Shown: positions 1-12,199 of the stretch, one piece after another
Layout of the letters: each line of letters starts with the position of its first letter
How positions within the stretch are numbered: the stretch's first letter is position 1
Assembly (NCBI RefSeq): GCF_018350175.1
Contig: NC_058368.1
Location: forward strand, 235,106,001 to 235,170,000
Length of the DNA: 64,000 nt
DNA from: Felis catus
Taxonomy: Eukaryota
Reading direction: 5' to 3'
The notes under the pieces: model-generated
Database searches by the model: none
What the model was told of the DNA's origin: nothing
Seen by the model: only the letters and a program-made list of their open reading frames with translations
Translations under genes and position numbers: made by a program

Positions 1-355
1 TTTCCCTCCCACTCCCCACACCCAGATCCACCCCTGGGTCCTGAGGATGAGACGGGTGCATTCCTTGCCTCCCGAGCCTCTGTCACCAGGGTCCATGGTG
101 CATGAAACCATTTGTGTTTTATTTTAAGTCAAAGTATATTGTCATCTGCAGGAATTGTTTGCATAGCACATACTCTTAACATCATCTAAAATGATTAGTG
201 AACACTTACTTTACTATAACTCTTAAGTATTGCCACCACCATTCTTCCTAAAAAGGTGAGGTGAACTGGTAACCAGTGTGAATTTTGTCTGTCTACGGGT
301 TTTTGCTACCCTTACCTTCCGTGAACAACATAGGCTTTCCTACGATTAAGTTACA

Positions 356-920
356 CAACTGCCCCTTGAGCAAACACGCGGCCAACGCACGGGTCCATGT
401 CCCCCATGAGTTTTTTCAATAAACACAGTACAGGACTATATATGGATTTTATTTTCCTTGTGATTTTCTCTTTTTAACTTTATTTTGAGAGACAGAGAGA
501 GAGCATGAGAGAGCAGGGTCGGGGCAGAGAGAGAGAGAGAGAGAGAGAGAAAGAATCCCAAGCGGGCTCCCCGATCTCAGTGCAGAGTACAACATGGGGC
601 TTGAACTCATGAACCGTGAGATCACAAGCTGAAGGGAAGTCAAGAATCAGATGCCCAACCGGCTGAGCTCCCCAGGCGCTCCCCCCTTATAATTTTCTTG
701 ATAACATTTTCTTTTCTCTGGCATATAATCGTAAGAGTATAATATATAATACTTATAATGTACAGAATATGTGCTAATTGACCAAAGGCTTCTGGTCAAC
801 AGCAGCCTATAAGTAGTGGTTAGCAGCTGAGTTTGGGGGAAGTCAAAAGCCACGCGTGAATTTTCTACCACATGGGGGCTGGCATCCCAACCACACACAG
901 TTGTTCGGGGATCCACCGTA
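356..920 (+). mobile_element. Tigger2-family (TcMar-Tigger) non-autonomous DNA transposon, interrupted by a SINE
   Basis: 5' end caactgccccttgagcaaacacg resembles the TIR CAGTTGACCCTTGAACAACAC. 3' part tttgggggaagtcaaaag...gttgttcggggatccaccg resembles the Tigger2 end. The internal ataacattttcttttctct block resumes after the SINE. Confidence 0.75.
470..685 (-). mobile_element. Can-SINE (older SINEC subfamily)
   Basis: Reverse-complement tRNA-like head (ccaggcgctccc), (GA)n tract and T-rich tail. Imperfect TSD ccttgtgattttct / ccttataattttct. Confidence 0.9.
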
Positions 921-2065
921 TTTCAAGTTCTATGTTCACAAAAGTTGTCAGGACAAAAGGAAGGTGGGCCTTCAGGAGGTCCCCAAAAGGTCAGGGCATG
1001 TGTTCGTATTTCAACTGTGTACCGCGTGACAAAAGGTGGCGGGCATGGAAGGGAAAGCCACAGTTCGGGGACGGCCAACGCCACTTATCCTGACAAAGGC
1101 CAACTTGTTAGCATTTCAGCACCAGAGACAAGCCTTGTGATAGCAGGGCGGAATCTCCCCGGGGAACCCCTCTCTTTATAAACTAAGTAGAAGATGGTAT
1201 CTCTTTCACGCTGGGGTGTCCCAGGTGAAGGCTTGTTTCCACAAATCTCTCGAAGGCCTTTCCATCTTGCAACGGTCATCCACTCTGCAAGATAAGCAGT
1301 CTTTCTATAGGGACGGCAGGCTTTCATTTCCCGGCGCTCGCTTCCGGAGGAGGTACTCATTTGGCTCCTGGCATGATCTTCTTTAGTTTTGTCTGCACGA
1401 GGAGGAAGTTCAGGCAGGCAGGAAGCCATTCTTCGGTTTTCAAGACTATTCGGTTTCCAGGCAGGCCGGGCCGCTAATCCGGAGTGTTCCCCCGGGGTGC
1501 TCACTGCAGACCAAACTCCGGGTAAGTCAGCCCCGTGTGCCTTACCTGAGTCAAGCAGAGGGCAAGTTAACCATCTAATTGGGATCCAGGCCCTGCATCT
1601 GGTGGGATCCCGCGGGGCTGTCCCCGGAGGTCATCAGGCAGATGCCGGCCTGGAGGGGTCGGGACGGTGACCTCTGAACGGTGAGCGGGGCCACCTGCCT
1701 TCAGGCCCTTCCCGCAAGGACCACAGCACGGAGGCGCCTGCAGGTCCCCGGGTGCTCTCGCCACCCCGCCGTCTCCCGCTCCCCTTGCACCTCAGGGTGA
1801 AACGTTCCTGACTCGGAAGGAACCCACGTGAGCCACGCCCACGGTGCACGCGCTCTGAGAGGTGATCTCAGAAGCGGACGGGGGAGCACGCCGGGGCCGC
1901 AGGGGTGAGGCCGCCGAGAGCTGGATGGGGCAGGGGGGTGGGGGGGGCTCCTCACCCAAGGGAGCCTGCAGGCTTAGGGCCCCTGCCCTGTGCTGAGTTG
2001 TGAACCACACCCCCAGCGCTCACTGATGCAGGGGCCGAGTCTGTGCGCAGACAGGGACACAGAGA

Positions 2066-2097
<32 letters not shown>
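2066..2097. repeat. (CA)n microsatellite
   Basis: Directly visible dinucleotide run. Confidence 0.95.
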
Positions 2098-2098
<1 letters not shown>

Positions 2099-2139
2099 AC
2101 ATATCCCGTATTCCATGCATCACACACGCAATCACTTGA

Positions 2140-2970
2140 GATGACCTTAGAAATGAAAGTTCTCATGCACATGAGGAAAAGCAGGGCCATGAAGGTTGAG
2201 GAAGGAGTCATTCCAGAGAAAGAACAGTCCTCCAGATGAAGGAACCGTGTCCAACAATCCATGACAAGAATCGCACAACAAAAGGCTAACATAAAACAGC
2301 CAGACAGAGATTTTTTTTAAGTCAATTAGAAGTCTCAAAAATAGGAGCGCCTGGGTGGTGCAGTCGGTTAAGCGTCCGACTTCAGCCAGGTCACGATCTC
2401 GCGGTCCGGGAGTTCGAGCCCCGCGTCGTGCTCTGGGCTGATGGCTCAGAGCCTGGAGCCTGTTTCCGATTCTGTGTCTCCCTCTCTCTCTGCCCCTCCC
2501 CCGTTCATGCTCTGGCTCTCTCTGTCCCAAAAATAAATAAACGTTGAAAAAAAAAATTTAAAAAGAAGTCTCAAAAATAAAGTATCAACGGGAAAAATAC
2601 TGGAAAACAGAAAAAAGTCTTTAGAGAATGAAAAAGCAGTACTGAAGTCCGGAACCCGAACAACGAGACATAAAGAGGGAAAATGGGAACTTGATCCTCA
2701 AATGATGCAAGAAGAACCGAGAAGCTCCAACATTCACGTGGAATGGGGGGACCAGGCAGCCTGGGGGTGCCAGGGGCTTAGAAACTCCCTCGGGGGAGGG
2801 CGACGGGCGTTCACCCGCCACAAGCGCATCTTCAGCGCCCAACAGGGTGGATTTTACAAAAAATCTGTTTCTAGTTACATCCTGAGGAAACCGAAGAGTA
2901 TCAAGGGCAGAAAGAAACTTACACAAGCTTCCAGGGAAAGAGAAGCGAAATTAACCCAGTAAAGACTGAT
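2140..2970 (+). mobile_element. Ancient L1 ORF1/HAL1-like fragment, interrupted by a SINE
   Basis: A-rich sequence whose translation gives ORF1-like motifs (RSSNI..., YILRK.KSIKGRKKLTQASRE resembling HIIVK...KDKEKILKAAREK). Confidence 0.45.
2344..2563 (+). mobile_element. Young cat-type SINEC_Fc element
   Basis: Full head-to-tail element, CpG-rich, with a perfect 16-bp TSD agaagtctcaaaaata (2328-2343 and 2564-2579). Confidence 0.97.
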
Positions 2971-2999
2971 AAGCCCTTAAACCAGCGTTAAAAGTAACC

Positions 3000-3830
3000 G
3001 CCGGCTGGAAAAATCCCTCAGGGGACCGAGTTCATCTCCTGATGCGCTTGGTCCGTGCAGGTAACACAGTTGCTGGTGATCTGAGCACAGCGGTCGCACC
3101 AAGAAAGACTGTTCCCGGCACAGCGTCACGTTCCTCAGAACCACACGCTCTTGTCCCAGCGTGGCCGAGTCCTGCCCCCCTTTTGCTCTGCCTACACACC
3201 ACCGTCCGCCAAGCTGGTATTGGCACGTGGACGCCCCTCGCGTTCCTGTTCCCCGCGACCCGGCACCCACACCTGTGACCACCGAGCCTCCCCTCTCGGC
3301 CCGAAGCCCCGCTCGGAAAGCTCTTGGGGCTGCAGGAGGAGGTTTCGTTAGTTGGCTTGCTGCTTCGTAATTTCTGGGTGCCATTTGCATCCGCCGTGTC
3401 GTATTTACACGCTGCTTTTCGATGTATTTGCATGTCGCAGCGCTGCGTTTCTTCCGTGTGGGGCAAAGTTATATGACTTGCGCTGTTCACAACTACGTTG
3501 CTATTGTGTTGCGAGAAAACCCTCTAGTCGTTCATGAAATGTTAAAAAAAAAAAAACTACGGAAATGATTTTAAAACTATTTTCTAGCAAGCACAAACCA
3601 CCAGGAGGTTGGGGGTATAAATCCAAACGTGCGGTAGCACCAGTCGAGGACGCGGGGGGCGGGCGTGATTGTTGGCTGGGAAGCACCAAACCCGTTCTAC
3701 CTTTTCGATGCAGAACAATGAAACACAGCCCCTGCCTTCCAAAAGCGCAGGGGCCAGTTAGATTTGGGTCACGAGAGGCGCCAGGATTTGTCAACTGTCA
3801 TTTAATTCTCGCCGCCACAATGGCGAGAAA
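3000..3830. promoter_or_regulatory. CpG-rich tract and candidate enhancer with two octamer motifs
   Basis: High CpG density (about 14 CpG in 3361-3540). ATTTGCAT at 3383-3390 and 3426-3433, SOX-like ctattgt at 3501-3507. Confidence 0.4.
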
Positions 3831-3969
3831 GTGTTCACTTTCTGATTGAAGAGCATGTTGTGTGGGCATAAAAGCAGGGGGTCTACGGAAAGCTTGGGGA
3901 AGGGTCCCACGTGGTTGGGTCTCTTCTGCATGACCCCATCCTGCCCACTCCTCATCCGTTCCCGTAGGC

Positions 3970-4750
3970 CAGTCCTACCTATTCTTGGGGCGCATGTTGA
4001 TTGCACCCCCAGAGCCAAAGCACCCCAGCCTCGGTTAGAAACCCAGGCAGACTCAAGCCGGGAGGCAAAAGGTCCTACAGGCCAGCAATCCGTAACCAGC
4101 TAACTGTGCAGACCCAGCCCGCGCCAGACAGCTAAGGAAAGACTCCTTGTTTATCTGTGAGGGGCTCAGACCCCCCCGCCGGGGTCCCACTCCCTCCTCC
4201 TAAATGATGAGCTGGGTTCCTTGTGCCCACTGACCGAGCCGCACAAAATACTTGACTTGTGCCAACACCTCTCCCTCCTGCCAGCCTCCGAATTTGGACC
4301 CGCCAAGGCTGAGCCAGCAGACAACCTTTCCCAAGAACCGCGGCCTTCAAGGAAGGGCCTTCCTCCATCAGCTGTCCGACAGGCCACCCACGCCCCACAC
4401 CCAATTCTGTGTAGCCCCGTCCACGCCTCCCTGGAAAGAGAACTCCTTCCTGGGGGCACCTGGGTGGCTCCGTCAGTTGAGCGTCCGACTTCAGCTCAGG
4501 TGGTGATCTCCCGGTTCGTGAGTTCGAGCCCTGTGTCGGGCTCTGTGCTGTCAACGCAGACCCCATTTCAGATCTTCTGGCTCCCTCTCTCTCTGCCCCT
4601 GGCCTGCGCTCTCTCAAAACTAAATACACATTAAAAAATACTTTATTAAAAAAAGAGAGAGAACTCCTTCCTGCCTGACCTCTGGGGTAGTCACAGATCT
4701 CAGGGTCAGGATGATCTGGCTACAGCCAGGTCTCTGCCCCTTACCTCAAG
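3970..4750 (+). mobile_element. Probable old ERV LTR fragment (MER110/MER77-like), interrupted by a SINE
   Basis: Weak resemblance of gcctccgaatttggacccgccaaggctgagccag to LTR consensus. Family uncertain. Confidence 0.3.
4452..4657 (+). mobile_element. SINEC_Fc element
   Basis: ggggcacctgggtggctc head, gttcgagccc B box, (CT)n and A tail. TSD agagaactccttcct (4437-4451 and 4658-4672). Confidence 0.95.
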
Positions 4751-4839
4751 AGTCCCTTTGAGCACAGGCTCTTTGAGCACACCCCTAGGTCCAGATTTGT
4801 TTTCATCTGTACGCAGATCTTTAAAGCCTGGGCTCTGGG

Positions 4840-5480
4840 TGTGCTATCGCGATTTATAATAAGAAATATGTATTTGCTCTTCATCCCCAATTCTGGAAGT
4901 TTCTTAAGTTGTGAGAGCAATGAAGGTGCCTTTTAGTGTGTTCAGGAGGTGACTTTTGGACCCCTACCTAAGGATGGGGGGGCTGGTTACCTAGAGAAAC
5001 AGAGAGGGTTGGAATTTTCAGTCCCACCCACCCCCATGACCTCCTGGGAAGGATGAGAACCTGGAGGTTGGATCAATCACCAATGGCCAAGGATTCAATC
5101 AACCATGCCTCTGTAATGAAGCCTCCATAAAAACCCACAAGGACGAGTTTCGAGAGAGCCTCCAGATCGGTGAACGCGGGGAGATTTGGGGAGGGTGGGC
5201 CCTGGAGAAGGCCTGGGAGCAATGAGCCCCTCTGCATATCTTCTATCTGGCTGTTCCTGAGTCATATCCTTTTATAGTAACCAGTAGCCTGGTAAATAAA
5301 ATATTTCTCTGCACTCTGTGAGCCACGGCAGCAAATTAAACCTCGGAAAGGGGCGGCAGGAACCTCTGATTTACAGCCAGTTGGTCAGAAGTGCAGGCGA
5401 CAACATTTACAACACCCTGCTGGTGTCCAGGAATTGCCGCTAGGGGTGGGGAAGTCTCCACACTCATGCACGTGGGGACT
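4840..5480 (+). mobile_element. MER21-family LTR
   Basis: Blocks catgcctctgtaatgaagcctccataaaaaccc, ctgtgagccacggcagcaaattaa and cagttggtcagaagt match MER21. Confidence 0.85.
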
Positions 5481-5909
5481 GCGTTCAGGAAACGTGCACT
5501 GGGTCTAAGCTTTTGTTTCTGCAATTGCAACACGGATACACATCCTGTCCTGAAACCCCTAGCGGGCGGCCGGCACCTCCTGCGCCGACATAACTGGCTT
5601 CGCCCGTGGAAACTGCAAAGTTGCTGATCTCGGCCGGCCTCTGACTCGGGGCCCTGGCGCACCCACGGGGGCTGTCTCCTATAGTGCTGGATGCCATTCA
5701 TTCGTTCGTTCATTCATTCGATAAACACTCACTAAATCACGTGGGTCCATTCATGCGGCTGGACACGGCTTCCCCCATCCCCCAGTGCGTCCAGCTGTGG
5801 ACATTTCTTGTTCCCTCCCTCAGCCCCGTGGGCAGGCCTTGTCTCAAAGTCAGGCCCCTTAGACTCTTCGTAATCTCACTGTACCTCAAAATATGGAAAA
5901 ACCATACCT

Positions 5910-6160
5910 TGTAATTCTTTTAGTCAAAAATAAGAGAAAATACTGAGCAAGGTACGTTCACAAAACCCAAGGACGGCAAAATATTTCGCGGGGCTTCTAA
6001 CATTAAAACAGATAATAAACAAAGTAATTGCCTTTCCTTAAATAAACGGATTTAAAAATTTGGTCTATGTATGTGATGAACCATTATACAACATTTAAAC
6101 AAGCAATCTAGATCTTAATGAATCAATACAGTTAGATCTAAAAAAAAATGCTGAGTTTAA
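5910..6160 (+). mobile_element. Old L1ME-type 3' fragment
   Basis: Degenerate ggatttaaaaatttggtctatg...cattatacaacatttaaa...aatgctgagt, typical of the L1M ORF2 end and 3'UTR. Confidence 0.45.
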
Positions 6161-7452
6161 TGTTTTGGCTTGAATTGCTTTGAGAATTACAAATATTAAA
6201 TTTCCAATAGATTGGCCTATCTCCCAGATTCCGAACTATGAAGCAAGTAAGATATTTTGGCTGCAACTTTTCCCTAAGATTAATCTTTTGTGAATAATTT
6301 GAATTAAACTGTCTATAGCAGGATGTTCACTACCCTTCTGCCACAGCAAACATCTCCTAACTAATTTCTTTGTGCTCAGAATCCATGCCCAAACTTTGCT
6401 GGAATAATTTTATTTGGAAACCTAAGGTCGTCCCTGGAGAAGCTCAGAAACCTTAGGGCTTCTCATGAAGCACTCGCGAGAAACTCTTTTCTCCTTGGAG
6501 TTTTTCTCTGATAACTAACCTCGACCTGGGCTTGCGTGGGTAGAGGACACGTCACCTCGTCCGTAACGATTTCAAACACGGGATTCCAGATGCCGACTCC
6601 AGAGTAGAGGACTCAGCAACCGCCCAGCACAAACCGTCATTTTCTCTTGGTTACGAGAGTCACACTCAAGTGCTCAGGAACCATAGCCATTCTGTGTTGG
6701 AAACGTCAGGTGACACGTCTCAGACTGCCATCTGAGATGCGTCACCCTCTTAGTGACAAGCTGCTCCCGGGAGAAAGAAGTGCATGGTGGGGAGAGAGCA
6801 CAGGTGCTGAGCCAGGCATGTGGCAGCTGTGAGTTCTGACCGTCCTGCTTGCAAGCTTGGTGGCCGTGGCGGACTCCCCTAAAAACTTAGTTCTCACCGC
6901 TTCTCCATCTGCCAAAAGCTCAAGGTCACGTCCTTGTGGCGTCATTATCCTGCGGGGAGATGACACGAGATGACGCATCTGGAAACCCGGGTTTCAAGAA
7001 GGCTGAGGGCATGACTTCCGTGAAAGTCACCGTCGTCCAAAGCAGGGGAAACACCTGTGCTGGCTTTGATTCCAGGGCCCCCAGGCCGGTGTGATCTCAG
7101 TGCAGGACCCATTACAAGACTGTAATCTTGCCTTCCACCGCATGAAATAGGCATGAATATTTTGTAAACCCAGAGTATAGTGTCCTTAAAGACCTGAAAA
7201 ATGGCAAGCCCCAGAAAATTGCCAGTTACTGGTAACTAAGCAGTAGAAATGGGAGTCGAGCTGCAGCCCGAGAAAAACTGCCCCGGGAACAGACACCGAG
7301 GATGAGAACCCGTGTGTCACTGAGACTCCAGGACGTTTGTGCCTGATGATCACAGCGGAGCTTTACTAACACAGACGTTGGTATCTCAAATAGACATTCA
7401 GGGCCCATGAGAACAAGTCCCGAGTGAAAAACTGTGCACCTGGGCCACCTTC

Positions 7453-7881
7453 TGTTGGCACGATTGCTAAACGGCTTCTCTTACGGAGCAGAACCAGGAT
7501 GAAACCGGGATATGACCCCGTATGCAAACCTGACTTCTAACAATGGACCCGGGTTTCAAGAAGGCACCTATGTGTAGGCTGAGTTGTCTGCCAAAACCGA
7601 CCAATCAGGACGAGGTCCTTCCAACCAGTCAGGACAAAGCACTGTTTTTCCCTTCCCTCATTAGCATATTGGACCAGAACCTCGAACTTGAGCGGGAACT
7701 TCCTCTGTAGAAGCAGAGCCTCCCCTTGCGCTGGGGGCCCAGCCTAACGGCTCTCCCTTGGTGTTGTGTCTCCTCCCTCCAGCTCAAGTTGCAGCCCCAA
7801 TAAAGCCTTGCCTGTGCCTTTGACTTTGGGGGCCAGCCCGGTTTCCATCATTGTTTGGCCCAAGAACCTGATTCTGGTAAC
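7453..7881 (+). mobile_element. Solo ERV1-class LTR
   Basis: Starts tgttg and ends ccaagaacctgattctggtaac. Contains ccaatcag, aataaa at about 7799 and an aataaagccttgcctg U5-like block. Confidence 0.65.
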
Positions 7882-7959
7882 CTTAAGTTGGGGTGTTGGG
7901 TGTTTCCCTAATAAACACAGAAACTACATGGCATTGATGTGAGGGCTGCAGAGCAGGAA

Positions 7960-8240
7960 GATAACTAATATGAGAGGCTGGAAGATGGTCATCCTCGTTA
8001 CATGGTGACAAACATTTCTCCAGACCATTATCTCTGATAACTTGAAGGCAGGTAATTATTGATGAATGCACCCGTGTCTCTGGGCAGACACTGTGTTAGG
8101 GTAAGTTCATTGTTAGTATTCTATTTCATAAGAACCTATGGGAAAGTTCGATCTCTGAAAAGAACTGTCTAGTTTCAAGCAGAGTTAGAGGGAATAGGTG
8201 GAATCCCAAAATTTCAGAATCTGAAGATTTGGAAAATAAG
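7960..8240 (+). mobile_element. MaLR internal (MLT1-int-like) fragment
   Basis: gaggctggaagatggtcatcctcgttacatggtgacaaa...taacttgaaggcag resembles MLT-int. Confidence 0.5.
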
Positions 8241-8719
8241 ACGATGCTGATGTGTGTTTACACGGACGCGCCAAGCGCAGCTCACCTTTGCGCCACACTC
8301 AAGGCATGAGAGGCAGAGCCACGGGGTAGATGGATGAGCTTCCGGGGTCTTGCTGCATTCGCAATGTGTTGAGTAGACAGTCTACCGGATACCCATTTCC
8401 CATATTTCGAGAAATAGTGTTTTCCTTTCTCCAGATTCGCAGAGATTTCTGATTCCCAGAAGTGATAACAAGGAGCTGTTCCATAGGAACTTACAGAGGG
8501 CTGTATCCACCTTGATTCTGTAGCCCGGGTGCCACCAGAGGGGCCGTGACAGACGCTGCTGGACAGCCTAGCTGCTGTCACACTACAGGTCGCTGACTTC
8601 ATTTCTTCGTCTAGCCTGGCAGTGCTCCCAGAAGATCCTTCTAGTGTCGGTCTCTTATGTCAATATACAAGTGGTCTCTTGCTTCTCCATTGACACCTCT
8701 GAAGTCAAGAATTATGGAA

Positions 8720-9139
8720 ATGTTCAAAGCAGGTAATATATGGTTGGTTTCTCACTGTTCGAGTGGAAGGCTGACGATAAGGGAAGGGAGGAGTGATCCA
8801 GGTGGTAAAGGGTTGCAGCTGGAGAAATCAACATAAACTCACATCTAGCTTAATACAGAGGCATGGCAACGTGTAGAAATATTTATAGATACGCACATGT
8901 ACGTGTTAGTACACACATACATTTCCTTGATATGTCAACTGATTAAGGACACGAAAACACTGGCAGAGAAGAGTGCATCAAGCACCCAGACCTTGATTTC
9001 CAACACCACTCTCCGGTGACAGGAACACGGGCTCCAAGAGAAATGGCTGATTCTAAGACTAAACAGAAAATACGGAAGGTAAAGCGAGAGTGTCTTACGT
9101 TGCCCTGCAGTAGGGAAGTCTCAACACGTGCATGCGCAG

Positions 9140-9173
<34 letters not shown>

Positions 9174-10012
9174 ACGCACACTGATGGGACTTTGTCAAAT
9201 CCAGGTTCCAACTGAAAAACTCCCAATGCCCAAAGCAAGAAGAACAATTTGAGAAACAAAATAAGTAGAGTAGTATTGTTTCATGGAATAAATATCCATG
9301 AGTCCACAGTGATGTAAATAAATAATTGAATAAATAGGGGAAGAAAAGAGATAAATCTGGGCAAAATCATTGTAAATACCACATATAGACACCCTGCCCT
9401 CACGGAGGGGGAACTAGGTGTCCACGCCTCGGGGATAGGCGACACAGTGTGACTTCCTTCCGTAGAATATAGTGTAGAAAGGCGAAAGAGCACCTGCACA
9501 TTGGGAAGACCTGACCAATGTCACGTCAGCCATGTCATCAAGGCCAACATCACCAGTGGCAAGTTGTGTGGGTAGCATGGAGCCTTGATGAGACGTGATG
9601 GGAGCCACACTTCACCCGTGTGGTCTTCCTGCCAAAAGGCATGACCCCAGGCCAGTCATGCAAGGGCATCAGACGAATCCCTCTTGGGGGAGATTCTACA
9701 AACTAGCTGACCAGTAGCCTTCAGAATCGTCAAGGTCATCGAAAACAAGGAAAGTCTGGGAAAGTGTCACAGCCTGGAAGATCCTGAAGAGACATCACAA
9801 CTAAATGACATCCTGGAGGGGACCCTGGGAGAGAAAAAGGACATTAGGACACACAAATGAAGTGTGGACTCCAGTTAATAATCCTGCATCGGTAACGGTT
9901 CATTGACTGACCCAAAGGTCCCACACTAACGCAAGACAGGAGCTCCCTGTACTACGTTCATAAGTGTTTTCTGTAAATCTAAAACTTTCCTCAAATAGAA
10001 TGCTTATTAAAA
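8720..10012 (+). mobile_element. L1MC (L1MC3-like) 3' end
   Basis: Diagnostic blocks gagaaatggctgattcta, gtcaaggtcatcgaaaacaaggaaagtctg and ttttctgtaaatctaaaact. Contains a (CA)n run at about 9141-9180. Confidence 0.85.
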
Positions 10013-10433
10013 CTTTTCTAAAATAGGAAGCTTATTATGTAACAATGAAGCAATCACGAGGTGAGCATCTCATTTTGTTGACACTTAGAAAGTTAAATGG
10101 ACCAAAGCAAAGCAAATATTTTCCGATTCTGCCCGGGGAGGCTGGATTTGGAGGAACAGGAAGTGAAAATGCAGAAGCACTGTTAGCATTTCAAGCAAGG
10201 AATTTACTGTCAGGAAGTTCATTCGGGGTGATGCCAGTCTCTCCAGCAGAGGGAAAGAAAGGCAGCGGAGAGTCCCAAACACTCAGGGCAGGTGCCTACG
10301 CGAAATGTTAAAAGGCAGACGATGGTGGAGTCTGCCCATGACTTGAGCAGAAGCATCACATTAAAGACACCGTTCCAAGCACAGCCGTGCCCTTGGGGGC
10401 TGTACAACCTCAAGCAAAGAGCATGCAATACGT

Positions 10434-10852
10434 TGTTATGGGTTGAAGTGTGTTTCCCAAAGGCTGTCGAAGTTGTAATCCCCAGTACCTGGGAGTCTCA
10501 CTTATCTGGAAAGAGCCTTTGCAGGTGGTCATGTGGAGATGAGGTCATCATAGCAGTTTGATTTCAACAGAGCCGATGTGAGAAGGGAAGATTTGGACAC
10601 AGACGCTCACACGGGAGATGCCATGTGAGGACTGAGGTCACGCCGCCCCAACCAAGGGACACAAAGCCTGCCATCAAGCCACCAGGAGCTGGAGAGGGGG
10701 CCTGGGTCAGTGTGTCCCTCGCAGCCCCAGGAGGAATCAGCTCTGCCTTGATTTTGGACTTCTGGCCACCAGAACTGGGGGACAGGAAACTTGTGTTGAT
10801 TAAGTCGTTAAGTTTCTGGTACTTTGTTAGAGCTGCCCTAGCAAGCGCATGC
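10434..10852 (+). mobile_element. MLT1 (MLT1B/C-like) MaLR LTR
   Basis: Starts tgttatgggttgaagtgtg. Contains ccttgattttggacttctggccaccagaactg and ends ggtactttgttagagctgcccta. Confidence 0.9.
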
Positions 10853-11928
10853 ACACTCATTTTTCTTTCTCTTTCTTTTTTAAGCATGGCTTTGCCCATT
10901 GCTTGGTACATGCTTCACAACTGTTCACTTCTGGGGTCTCATATATGAAGAAGGGACACCACCTACCGTTTCCAGTCTAGACTCGGGCTGCCTACTCTTG
11001 TCCATTTTCAGCTCCTCCCAAGCAGCACATGACTAGATACTCTCTCTTACCCCTTTCACCCCGAGACTTACTTGAGCAAACTTTTTACTCACTAAGAAAC
11101 CTTTGCTTTAATATTGTTTTGTTTCTAAATTTTGCTTTGCAAGGCTTTTTTGCATCAATTATGTATGTTTAACATATTATTTCCTTATTTATGTTACATT
11201 ACATGTTCATTTCAGCGTGGAAGGAAAATGTAATTTGCATCTGAGTTTGCACGGTATCCCCGTGTACTGACAACAAATGCACCATCTGATGAGTTCATTA
11301 AACGCTCAATAATTAGGTAACTGGTATTTTAAATTATTTATACTGTAGAGAAACCAGTGCAGGACTGTTAAAAATGTGTTAAGCATATTTGGGCTAAAAA
11401 GGGGACAGCCTCGGTGCCTCTGTGACACATTGTTTTTGACCTCTTCTAGCTAAACTGCTGTCCCACAGAAGTCTTATGAGTCAGCAGCTGCAGTGGCACT
11501 TAAAGCATCTGTGGCAGGTGGGGATGCTGAAAGCAGACTATGATACATCCCAACAAATGAGTCACAGTACAGACCTTAGGTTTCTGGAACAAAGACTCAA
11601 AAACATTCTGCTTTCAAGCCATGTCTCCCCACTTGCTATTGAGTCCTCTGGGTCACCAAGGCGTAGGGTTGAGTGTGAGCGGCAGAAAAATCCGTCATCT
11701 AGTGGAAAAGGCAGATAAAATAACAAAGCGTGATCAAATCGTTGAACCAAACTTAAATTGCCTGATCATCTTGCTTAGAGTCTCATGGAACTTGTTCCTA
11801 TTACCTCCTATCCTAAGACCTCACACAGAGTTCTCTTTCATCCATAGATTACAGATGAAAAATGACAATCAAGTCTGTAAATCCCAGACTTGATTATCTT
11901 TCTTTTTGTTAGAATAATTTTTATGATA

Positions 11929-12150
11929 GGGGCGCCTGGGTGGCTCCGTCGTTTAAGCGTCCGACTTCGGCTCAGGTCATGATCTCACAGTCTGTGGGTT
12001 CGAGCCCCGCATCGGGCTCTGTGCTGATGGCTCGGAGCCTGGAGCCTGCTTCAGATTCTGTGTCTCCTTCTCTCTCTGCCCCTCCTCTGCTTGTGCTCTG
12101 TCTCACTCTGTTTATCAAAAATAAATAAATGTAAAAGCAAAAAAAAATTT
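11929..12150 (+). mobile_element. SINEC_Fc element
   Basis: Canonical head and tail. TSD aata(a)atttttatgata. Confidence 0.95.
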
Positions 12151-12199
12151 AATAAATTTTTATGATATAATGGCCTCAATCCATGGTTAACAGCTGGAA

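Noticed and set aside
2344..2430. tRNA genes at SINE heads
   Set aside because: The A/B boxes belong to tRNA-derived SINE heads followed by SINE body, (CT)n, poly(A) and TSD.
3806..3829. Hairpin ttctcgcc-N8-ggcgagaa
   Set aside because: An 8-bp stem occurs by chance in 64 kb and there is no ncRNA context.
11940..12128. Recurring ORF family MA(P/Q)S.KRPTSAQVMIS... (also 18280, 35333, 36732, 46150, 55520, 55763)
   Set aside because: These are translations of Can-SINE bodies, not a paralogous gene family.
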